From Candidatus Kapaibacterium thiocyanatum (GTDB lineage: Bacteria > Bacteroidota > Ignavibacteria > Kapaibacteriales > Kapaibacteriaceae), in NCBI GenBank assembly GCA_001899175.1, contig MKVH01000014.1, forward strand, positions 8,907-72,906: a stretch of 64,000 nt of DNA, given 5' to 3'. A program made the position numbers and the translations under genes. Below the pieces are notes generated by a model. The model was not told the DNA's origin, searched no databases, and saw nothing but the letters and a program-made list of their open reading frames with translations. Numbering within the stretch: the stretch's first letter is position 1; every line of letters starts with the position of its first letter. Of the stretch, positions 57,001-64,000 are shown piece after piece.

Positions 57001-58837
57001 CATCGTGCGGACACAGCCGACGGTGGACATCGATCTGCAACCGGGCGAATCCGCGGTCTACGCCGTGGACTTCATTCCATCCGGTGCACAGGACCAGGTG
57101 CGGACGGCTATCCTCAGCGTACGTACGGACGATCCAACGCAGGCCCAGATCGACGTTCCCCTGAGCGGCAGGCAGATCCCCATCGCACTGAACGGCCCGG
57201 CGTCGATAGACCTCGGCACCTCGCAACTCCAGGTGCCGGTCACGAAGCCTGTCGTCTATACGAACAACACGGCCGCTCCGATCAGCGTCGCAGCCGTGCG
57301 GACGTCCGATCCGCAGTTCACCGTCGTACCACAGTCCGTCGTTATCGCACCGGGCGCAGTCCAGCAGTTCGACGTGACCTTCACACCGAACGGGGAAGGA
57401 TCGCAGTCGGCCGATATCTGGTTCGTCTTCGATGCCCCGTGTGCCGATTCGATCCATCTCACGGCGCGCGGCCAGGGAGCGGTCGGCATGCTGTCGGTAC
57501 CCAATGCTCTCAACTTCGGCACGCTCTTCAATTGTCAGTTCAAACGTGACAGTGTGGTCTATCTCAATACCAGTGCCGTCGCCGTGGATCTCATCGACGT
57601 CGGCATCACCGGACCGGATGCGACGTTGTTCACGATCGAGAATCCGGCCGTCGCCACGGCAACGACCTTGCCTGCAGGCGAGCGCGCCATACTCTACGTG
57701 CGATTCGATCCGCGTGCCGTGGCCGATGGATACAAGACGGCGCAGCTGACGCTGCGTGCGCGCATCAACAACCAGCCCACGCGCTTCGTGACGAACCTCA
57801 GCGGCACGCGTCAGACGTCGCTGCCCGGAACGTCGCCGTCGGTCGCCTTCGGTTCCATAGACCTTGGTTCGGCAAGCACACAGACGTTCACCGTGCTGAA
57901 CAACACGACGGTACCGATGCACATCACGGCCGTCACATTGCGAGGCGCTGCCGGTGGTGTCTTCACCGTGACCACTACTCCGGGTGTTCCCGCAACACTC
58001 GCACCAGGCGACCGCATGGACGTCATCGTCCGCTTCGCACCGACCGAGCAACGTTCCTATGCCGACTCCATCGTGTTGTCCTTCGATCTTCCGTGCCCGG
58101 ACGATCGCATCGTTCCCGTGACCGGTACGGGCCGTCTCAATGTCGAAGCCGCCATCATCATGCCGAAGGTTCTGGCCGATCCTGCTGCCGACGACTATTC
58201 GTTGCCGGTGAGCGGCCGCGTGGCGATCGGCACGACGATGCTGGAGAATGCGAATCTCAAGCTGACGATACGCTACGGTTCATCGTTCTTCGTCGCCCGA
58301 CGTCTCTCGACCGGTACGATCACACGCAACGAAGTGATCGGTGGATTCACGTATCTCGATCTCGACATCCCCGGCGTTTCGATCAATACGACGGAAGCGG
58401 TGATCACGAACATCATCGGCGACGTCACGCTCGGGCCGATCGATTCCACGGATCTCGAAATCGTGGCGGCCACGATCGTTGCACCGCCTGCCGCTCCCAC
58501 CGTCCGGCCTGTGAACGGCTGGCTGAAGCTCGACATCTGTCGTGAAGGTGACGATCGTCTCGTACAACGCCGCGGCGCACTGTTCATCGGTACGAATCCG
58601 AATCCCGTCCGCGACGTCGTCAATCTCGACGTCGAAGTCTTCGAGCCCGGGGACCATCATATCATGCTCGTATCGTCGACGGGTGAAGTGCTGTGGTCCG
58701 AAACATGGCAACACGTCGCCGGAGCTCAGCCGCGGTCGATACGCATGAATGCCCAGACGTTCGGCTCGGGCATGTATCAGATCGTTCTCCAGACACCCAC
58801 GAGGCGTCGGGTGAAGTCCCTTCTCATCGTCCACTAA
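54095..58837 (+). CDS. Giant T9SS cargo protein: signal peptide, N-terminal beta-sandwich, Gly-rich low-complexity segment, many Ig/ASH-like repeats, type-A T9SS CTD
   Basis: Start MTNFLCALVLTLSAVGALA|QP (the track ORF is extended upstream to 53909). A Gly-rich region spans ~54760-55330 (GPNGGPGGGGGGGGYG…GGGGGGGVS). Repeated ~100-aa modules recur (LNFGT…V.NTG…). The C-terminus LFIGTNPNPVRDVVNLDVEVFEPGDHHIMLVSSTGEVLWSE…GMYQIVLQTPTRRRVKSLLIVH is a Por_Secre_tail. Confidence 0.8.
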   Translation: MTNFLCALVLTLSAVGALAQPQLSYIIPDIGTTRFGTYVEFIGPANRNGNFGTDGIYLNNPGDAVRIRCVNDGDTLKVKFGPAVVSWSGRMVSSHIYVLPTIVPNSSDWRQLDAAYRIPIVVEVNGQRSNPDTFYIVRPFSFGDKRASADRIIGEGALGQRSRRGAMLIDSALLASGAPYTISMLDPDTQTPGNQAFLPFVLLAVGNITGAPTGTEIRADASGPNGGPGGGGGGGGYGNAPLLGPGQQGTAGGNGYTGGGPGGRNNSGVNGSNSKRKPGIGSGEDLPEAGPNTVGSKSLNGTSGGDSGPAYENAGGGTGHPFGQSGLACDARTSCDPAGQAGGGSGHRDGRRGGAGGFGTDGGSDNGANNGGKTHGNVSLIPLAGGSGGASGNPATLGDVSSPGGGGGGGVSIHAQRLALFDVYSLGAATSRQDVLAGSGSGGGIILGTRLDNAGIGFTSGQAYAPDVTGFLTGGRGRTRYDARVSVSNTYYVGPLTDTMMNSLRVIRLTGWGNGSDLQIYTKGEHGPWIAGPRVSGYSGTWNASFTLPGTDTLYFISVAQNVPLPKRSTYEHDPDWVLSQSSWNIVRIYGPPVIDAATSVNMGRHQCSGDVLLDTLVVHNRGESPLDISGLTWQNNNGFRVISPSSLSQTIQPFDSMDVIVEFSPLAGQNGAISDILSIVSNDTNATRSTYRVTYTADVQKVDLTYRWSGSIIDTLDLGVRCLGAGISENVDVTNSGTLTTTILQVSSSNPNVVNASTNGPLALTVGSTGTIFLTGVVRQTGSALIPVLVRVAECPNPDTLWVRFEGVDANLTVVGTGQFGTIRVGASRQILIELRNDGASDQMVVPPPAVPSPFRIVGMQPMLPALLKPGTSVIITFEYAPLAVGSHTTEVRFVTSAGGRQCSDTAIVVLAGTAVQASLELSKEALIMDPVPLCSRGSDSVTITNRGTASIRLLYPAFVNGPDAASFIVRTQPTVDIDLQPGESAVYAVDFIPSGAQDQVRTAILSVRTDDPTQAQIDVPLSGRQIPIALNGPASIDLGTSQLQVPVTKPVVYTNNTAAPISVAAVRTSDPQFTVVPQSVVIAPGAVQQFDVTFTPNGEGSQSADIWFVFDAPCADSIHLTARGQGAVGMLSVPNALNFGTLFNCQFKRDSVVYLNTSAVAVDLIDVGITGPDATLFTIENPAVATATTLPAGERAILYVRFDPRAVADGYKTAQLTLRARINNQPTRFVTNLSGTRQTSLPGTSPSVAFGSIDLGSASTQTFTVLNNTTVPMHITAVTLRGAAGGVFTVTTTPGVPATLAPGDRMDVIVRFAPTEQRSYADSIVLSFDLPCPDDRIVPVTGTGRLNVEAAIIMPKVLADPAADDYSLPVSGRVAIGTTMLENANLKLTIRYGSSFFVARRLSTGTITRNEVIGGFTYLDLDIPGVSINTTEAVITNIIGDVTLGPIDSTDLEIVAATIVAPPAAPTVRPVNGWLKLDICREGDDRLVQRRGALFIGTNPNPVRDVVNLDVEVFEPGDHHIMLVSSTGEVLWSETWQHVAGAQPRSIRMNAQTFGSGMYQIVLQTPTRRRVKSLLIVH

Positions 58838-58853
58838 TCCAGCATCGCACCTC

Positions 58854-61019
58854 ATGCGCCTTCGGCTTTGTCTTCTTCTTATAGGACTCGTCATGGTTGC
58901 CGGCAACGCGCCCGCACAATTGACGAGATTGAATGCTGAAACTGGACAGAAGGAAGAGCTTCAGTATTATATCGGTGGTTATGGTGCGTTGAACATCAAC
59001 TTCCATACGACCGACTTCGGGACGTTACCCGGTATTCCGTCCTGCTGCAACGAATACAACAACAACTCCAAACTGGGCCCGGCCTTCGGCGCACTTGTGG
59101 AGATCCCTCTCACGCGTCTGCTGCGTCTACAGTTCCGTGCGGGATATTCGACGTTGAGCGGTACGCTGCTCGCGAACGAGACGATCGGCAACGAACCGGT
59201 ACTCGACGATGGCCCGGTACCTACGGAACGTCGTCGCGACATCCGTGTCGAGCATTCGCTCGACGCATCCATTCCGTTGATCGTCGCCGAACCGGCATTG
59301 TCCTTCCAGGTCTTTGACCTCCTCTGGTTCACCGCCGGTATGCGTGGCGCCTTCGCGATGAAGAAGACCTTCGAGCAGAAGGAGACGCTGGTGTCGCCCG
59401 ACGGCTATGTCTTCCTCAACGGTACGGCCGTGCGCAATCAGTATGCGGGAGACATCCCCGACGCCAAGACCTTCCATGTCCATGGAATGTTCGGTCTCGG
59501 CTACGAGATCGCGACGAAGACGAATCTTCGTATCGTTCCCGAAGTGCGCTACTACCTGCCGCTCCACAAGGTGGCCAGTGTCGACTGGGCCGTGCAGTCG
59601 TTCCAGATCGGTGTCGCTCTCAAGTACGGCATCTACGCCCCGGTGGATCCGACGATAAAGAACGATACTATCTACCGCCGCGATACCGTCGTCGTGGAAC
59701 GCCCCGGCATCCGTGAGGACCGCGTCGTACTCACCGACCGTACGTCGTCGGAGGAACGCAATCGCCAGGGTGATGTGGAGTACCGCGTCGCGACGGTCAA
59801 GGAAACGTATACGCGCGAAGTGCCCAAGGCTTACTCGCCCGATATCCAGTTGTCGGCATTCACGACGGACAAGGATGGGGTGGCCGTTCCCGTACGATCG
59901 ATCCGGGTCCAGGAGCTCGACGTCATCGAAAGCTATCCGCTGCTCCCGCAGGTCTTCTTCCCCGAAGGCAGTGCCGATCTGTCCCAGGCTTCGGCATCGA
60001 GACTGACAGCCGACGAGACGCGAGATTTCCGTCCGAACGAACTATCGCGGGACCAGCTCGACGTCTATCGGAACCTGCTCAACGTCGTCGGTTCTCGTAT
60101 GCGCTCGAATCCGAAGCTGAACATCACCGTTACCGGATGTACCAGCAATCAGGGCGTGGAGCAGAACAACCGTCAGCTCGCGAAGGAACGTGCCGACGCC
60201 GTCAAGCAGTATCTCGTTGATGTGTGGGGTGTCGATCAGGGACGCATCGGTACGGCGTCGCGTCTGCTTCCCGCCAATCCCGCGAATCCGCAGAGTGCGG
60301 ACGGACGGCAGGAGAATCAGCGTGTCGAGATCGCGGCGAACGACCTGTCGGCGCTCGAGCCCGTCGAATTCCGCGACCGTGATCTGACGATCACGCCGAA
60401 GGAAGTCAGACTGCGTCCTACCGTGAGCAACGGCGAGGACATCGCATCATGGAACTTCGATCTCAAGCAGAAGGACCGTTCGCTTCTGGCGTCGGAAGAC
60501 AAGGGGCAACCGCGCGAAGTGACGTGGACTCCGTCCGCGACGGATCGCAATCTCAAGGACGACGGTCCTGTCAAGGCTTCGCTGTCCGTGAATAACGGTC
60601 TCGGACAGTCGAAGACGGCGTCGACGGAACTGCCGGTAGACTACGTCTCCCTGCAGACGATCAAATCCAGCTCGGTGGAAGGAAAGCGTATCGAGCGGTA
60701 TTCGCTCATCGTGTTCGACTACAACAGCGCCCAGCTCAACCCGAGTAACCAGCGCCTCATGCAACGCGTGAAGGAACGGATCCAGCTGGATTCGAAGGTC
60801 CGGATCACGGGCTTCGCCGACCGTCAGGGCGAGGCTACCTATAACCGTGAGCTCGCACGTCGCCGGTGTGTCGAGGCACAGCGTGTCCTCGGTATTCCGG
60901 ATTCGCAGGTCACCATCGACCCGCAGGGCAGCGATCGTCTGCTGTACGATAACGACCGCCCGGAGGGACGATCCTATTCGCGTACCGTACAGATCGAGAT
61001 CGAGACGCCGACGCGCTGA
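58854..61019 (+). CDS. OmpA-family outer membrane protein (N-terminal beta-barrel plus two OmpA-like C-terminal domains)
   Basis: Signal peptide MRLRLCLLLIGLVMVAGNAPA|QL. The N-terminal half is beta-barrel-like. The OmpA-like segments are …NITVTGCTSNQGVEQNNRQLAKERADAVKQYL… and …VRITGFADRQGEATYNRELARRRCVEAQRVL…. Confidence 0.75.
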   Translation: MRLRLCLLLIGLVMVAGNAPAQLTRLNAETGQKEELQYYIGGYGALNINFHTTDFGTLPGIPSCCNEYNNNSKLGPAFGALVEIPLTRLLRLQFRAGYSTLSGTLLANETIGNEPVLDDGPVPTERRRDIRVEHSLDASIPLIVAEPALSFQVFDLLWFTAGMRGAFAMKKTFEQKETLVSPDGYVFLNGTAVRNQYAGDIPDAKTFHVHGMFGLGYEIATKTNLRIVPEVRYYLPLHKVASVDWAVQSFQIGVALKYGIYAPVDPTIKNDTIYRRDTVVVERPGIREDRVVLTDRTSSEERNRQGDVEYRVATVKETYTREVPKAYSPDIQLSAFTTDKDGVAVPVRSIRVQELDVIESYPLLPQVFFPEGSADLSQASASRLTADETRDFRPNELSRDQLDVYRNLLNVVGSRMRSNPKLNITVTGCTSNQGVEQNNRQLAKERADAVKQYLVDVWGVDQGRIGTASRLLPANPANPQSADGRQENQRVEIAANDLSALEPVEFRDRDLTITPKEVRLRPTVSNGEDIASWNFDLKQKDRSLLASEDKGQPREVTWTPSATDRNLKDDGPVKASLSVNNGLGQSKTASTELPVDYVSLQTIKSSSVEGKRIERYSLIVFDYNSAQLNPSNQRLMQRVKERIQLDSKVRITGFADRQGEATYNRELARRRCVEAQRVLGIPDSQVTIDPQGSDRLLYDNDRPEGRSYSRTVQIEIETPTR

Positions 61020-61064
61020 GCGGAGGAACAGAGCCCGTCGGCATCCCATATCCCGTGGCCGCCG

Positions 61065-62618
61065 CTATGCGACGGCCTGATGTGAATGCGTGGAAGACGA
61101 ACCGTTGGGGATCATGTTCGTCGTCGACCATTCTTTCAGCAACCGACGGATAACTACGTGCATGCCGTCGGTCGACGATTCGAGCCATTGCCGACATATG
61201 TCGTCGATGATGGAAGGCAGGGAACGCCCCGTTCCCCGCACGAGACGTCCCATCGTGCGCAGCAACGAAACGTCGGCACCGGATAGTGCCGCACCGCGTT
61301 CCGTCCTGCGTACGGCCGAACGGATGCAGTACGGTACGTAATCCCTGTTGTCGAGCGCAAGGTGAGTGATCGTATTCACCATGAGCGTCTGACCATGCCA
61401 GTACGGATGCGCCGTTCGACCTGCCTGATCGCTCAGGACATCGTTCACCAGATCGAGCGCATCCTTGTAGCGCAATGTCATGAGACATGCCGTCGCCAGC
61501 CGTACGTTCCATGCGGCACGTGCTGCCGTCGGTAGAGCGCGCCGCGCATCGGAATGTTCGCGTAGTGCCGTATCCACCACTGCATGTGCATTGATCCCCG
61601 CCAGAATGGCCAGGGCGCATTCGGCATCGATGGCCGCGACGCGCGCACGCTGCTTCATGTCGACCGACATGGCTGCGGCTTCGATGGTCCTGGCCAGTGC
61701 CGCCAGCATGCGGAGCGCTTCTCCATCGCCGAGACGGAATGCCGTGTCGTTGCATTCCACGATGGCGTCCGTCCAGTCCAGCACGGCCGTGCCGTGGAGA
61801 TGGGGCGCATGTTGTAGGGAACCGGCGACGTCGCGGATGGCATGACGCTGCCGTTCCGTATCGTTTCGGATGATCGCATGCCGCAGCCCGATACGCAGCC
61901 GGCATATACGTGTACGGACAGACGAACGGACCGTATCGTCGTCGGTACGTGTCTCCAGTTCGATCCATGCACAGTCCTCGGAAGGAATCGTCCTGCGGGC
62001 ATACCATTCGGCAACCCAGGTGGCCGAGCGGGCCAGTACAGACAGTGCATCGTAGGTATCCCGCAGCATATGGATCGCCCGACGTTCTTCCGTCAGTGTC
62101 CGTTCGAGCGTCCGCGATGGAACGTCGGGCAACCGTCGTTGCAGACCGCACAATTCCAGGACGATGCCCGGAAGTTCCAGTCGTTGCGCCTGTTGCAATG
62201 CCTTACGCAGTCGTCGTTCGGCAACGCCCGTACAGCCGCGGCCGAGCAGGAAGGCTATGGCATCGATATCGCTTCTCATGGTGGCTTCGGGCGAAGCCGA
62301 GGACGGAAACCGTTGAAGGCATCCGATGACTTCGTTGATAAGGGTATGTCTGATCACTGCCAGATGCCTGGCACTGACCGTTTCCTTGAAGACGCGGCGA
62401 ACCGCGTCTTCGTCGTACTGCTTCTGCCGACCCAGCGTCTCGAAGAGCGTCAGGTAGTGCGGCTCCTTCAGATGACGTCGTGCGTGAAGGGCGAATGCCC
62501 GTTTCTCAGCCGGCGTCAATGAGCGAATGAGCATGTACAGATCGTCAGTCCTGCCCATGTGCCCTCTCCTTTCGATGCGATCTCCTCCGATACCGCACCA
62601 GGTGTGTGTGCCCCACAA
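61065..62618 (-). CDS. Hypothetical alpha-helical protein
   Basis: Long ORF with gene-like codon bias. No recognisable family or signal peptide. The start may be Met21 (62558). Confidence 0.45.
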   Translation of the reverse strand: MWGTHTWCGIGGDRIERRGHMGRTDDLYMLIRSLTPAEKRAFALHARRHLKEPHYLTLFETLGRQKQYDEDAVRRVFKETVSARHLAVIRHTLINEVIGCLQRFPSSASPEATMRSDIDAIAFLLGRGCTGVAERRLRKALQQAQRLELPGIVLELCGLQRRLPDVPSRTLERTLTEERRAIHMLRDTYDALSVLARSATWVAEWYARRTIPSEDCAWIELETRTDDDTVRSSVRTRICRLRIGLRHAIIRNDTERQRHAIRDVAGSLQHAPHLHGTAVLDWTDAIVECNDTAFRLGDGEALRMLAALARTIEAAAMSVDMKQRARVAAIDAECALAILAGINAHAVVDTALREHSDARRALPTAARAAWNVRLATACLMTLRYKDALDLVNDVLSDQAGRTAHPYWHGQTLMVNTITHLALDNRDYVPYCIRSAVRRTERGAALSGADVSLLRTMGRLVRGTGRSLPSIIDDICRQWLESSTDGMHVVIRRLLKEWSTTNMIPNGSSSTHSHQAVA

Positions 62619-62678
62619 CTAAGAACAAGGAGTTGTCGATTTGGTTACCGACTGATTCCGTAATGGTATCTTTGGCCC

Positions 62679-64000
62679 ATGCAACGAATCGCTCTTCTCC
62701 TCGCCGCCGTCGCCCTCGTCACCTCATGCAAACAGCAGGGAAGACCTGAAGGAACACTGCATCCAGCCAAGGGTGGAAAGTATCACGGTGGTGTATTCCG
62801 CGTGAACGAGAACGGCGACCTCAGCTCGCTCGATCCCGTGGCCATCAATGACGTGACGTCGGCCCACATCGCAGAGAACATCTACGACAATCTGCTGTCC
62901 TTCGACGAACATCTCGAGCTCGTACCCGAACTCGCGAAGTCGTGGACGGTGTCGGAAGACGGACGTACCTATACCTACCATCTTCACGACGACGTCTACT
63001 TCCATGACGATCCGTGCTTTCCTGGCGGAAAGGGGAGAAAGATGACGGCACATGACGTGAAGTATTCGCTGTCGCGTGCCTGCGATTTCCGTGCGAAGAC
63101 GAAGAGCTACGACTACTTCCGTGGCAAGGTCGATGGCGCCGACGAATACTACGAGTCCACGCACAAGGCGTTCGAACAGGGTGGTGAACCAGGCGTGCGA
63201 GGGGTCAGGGGCTTCGTCGTCGTGGACGATACGACGTTCAGCATCCATCTCGTGAAGCCGTTCGCGCCGTTCAGGCATTACGTGGCACTGACGTCGATGG
63301 GTATCCATGCACGCGAAGCCGTCGAACACTACGGCCGGAACTTCTTCAAGAACCCTGTCGGTACCGGGCCCTTCGAGTTCGTATCGTGGTCGGATGGACG
63401 TGACCTGAGCCTCGTGGCAAACAGGAAGTACTGGAAGTACGATGAAGCGGGCAACAGGCTTCCGCTGCTGGAAGCGGTGCGCTTCACGTTCATGAAGGAT
63501 GACAAGATGCAACTCCTCGAATTCCAGGCAGGCAACCTCGAAGAGTCGTATCGCATCGCCAATGAATTCTTCGGTGACATCGTGGACGAGAACAAGAAGC
63601 CGAAGGGCAAGTATGCGAAGTACAATCTTCTGCATGCCACTGCTGCATCGACACAGTTCTACGGCTTCCTCACGACGGATCCGGTTCTCAAGGACAAGCG
63701 TATACGCCAGGCCTTCAATCTCGCCATCGACCGTCGTCGTATCATTCGTTACGTGCTGCGAGGTCAGGCCGCAGGCCCAGCCGAGCATGGCTTCGTACCA
63801 CCGACGATGCCTGGTTATAGTACGGACAGCGTGAGAGGCTATTCCTTCGATCCCGTCCGTGCCAAACAGCTTCTCGCCGAGGCGGGTTATCCCGATGGAA
63901 AGGGCTTGCCCGAAATCACGTTGCAACTCAATGCGGGAGGCGGGCGAAACATTTCCATCGCCGAAGCCATCCAGGGCATGCTCAAGGAAAACCTGAACGT
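62679..64000 (+). CDS. ABC transporter substrate-binding lipoprotein, family 5 (peptide/nickel, DppA/OppA-like); 3' partial
   Basis: Read directly from the sequence (no stop in window, so absent from the ORF track). MQRIALLLAAVALVTSC (lipobox) is followed by …VFRVNENGDLSSLDPVAINDVTSAHIAENIYDNLLSFDEHLELVPELAKSWTVSEDGRTYTYHLHDDVYFHDD…. The frame stays open to the window end. Confidence 0.75.
   Translation, partial: MQRIALLLAAVALVTSCKQQGRPEGTLHPAKGGKYHGGVFRVNENGDLSSLDPVAINDVTSAHIAENIYDNLLSFDEHLELVPELAKSWTVSEDGRTYTYHLHDDVYFHDDPCFPGGKGRKMTAHDVKYSLSRACDFRAKTKSYDYFRGKVDGADEYYESTHKAFEQGGEPGVRGVRGFVVVDDTTFSIHLVKPFAPFRHYVALTSMGIHAREAVEHYGRNFFKNPVGTGPFEFVSWSDGRDLSLVANRKYWKYDEAGNRLPLLEAVRFTFMKDDKMQLLEFQAGNLEESYRIANEFFGDIVDENKKPKGKYAKYNLLHATAASTQFYGFLTTDPVLKDKRIRQAFNLAIDRRRIIRYVLRGQAAGPAEHGFVPPTMPGYSTDSVRGYSFDPVRAKQLLAEAGYPDGKGLPEITLQLNAGGGRNISIAEAIQGMLKENLN

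Noticed and set aside
62724-63926. 400-aa minus-strand ORF at the right edge
   Set aside because: It is antisense to a clearly readable family-5 substrate-binding lipoprotein gene on the + strand and has Arg-rich low-complexity translation.
1-64000. Searched for CRISPR arrays, tRNA/rRNA genes and IS elements
   Set aside because: No regularly spaced direct repeats were seen. No intergenic region larger than 70 nt has tRNA-like T-loop or acceptor features. No transposase-like ORFs or terminal inverted repeats were recognised.

Overview
High-GC (~60-63%), densely packed bacterial chromosomal segment. Genes abut or overlap by 1-4 bp and some carry Shine-Dalgarno sequences. Four proteins end in type-A T9SS C-terminal sorting domains, which points to a Bacteroidota/Rhodothermota/Chlorobiota-like (FCB-group) organism. 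No rRNA, tRNA, CRISPR array, transposase or prophage was seen. The most striking region is 0.8-17.6 kb. It holds a Tc-toxin-like B/C cocoon module: a 2178-aa secreted protein with an SpvB/TcdB N-terminal domain and degenerate C-terminal YD repeats, then a translationally coupled small Cys-rich secreted protein, then a 2556-aa RHS/YD-repeat protein with a canonical RHS core and a ~220-aa C-terminal toxin domain of unknown family. A start/stop-overlapping lipoprotein follows and is a candidate immunity protein. An orphan OmpH/Skp chaperone lies upstream and no TcA-like gene is present. The rest of the window holds two tandem APC amino-acid permeases and two giant (about 1.6-1.7k aa) T9SS cargo proteins built from LamG and Ig/ASH-like repeats, one with a Gly-rich low-complexity insert and a downstream OmpA-family beta-barrel. 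It also holds a UvrD-helicase/PD-(D/E)XK-nuclease fusion with an M16 peptidase, and a CHASE2 (no output domain)-secreted protein-NfeD-SPFH-secreted protein operon. A long minus-strand housekeeping string follows (pyrC, an HsdR-N-domain gene, elbB, SemiSWEET, GDPD, fmt, miaE, a class-A beta-lactamase-like hydrolase). Further genes are an MFS transporter, leuS, VOC, AKR, Gfo/Idh/MocA, xerD, a 2-hydroxy/2-aminomuconic-semialdehyde-dehydrogenase-family ALDH overlapping a RidA deaminase, and a partial family-5 ABC substrate-binding protein at the right edge. Many long antisense 'shadow' ORFs are GC-content artefacts.
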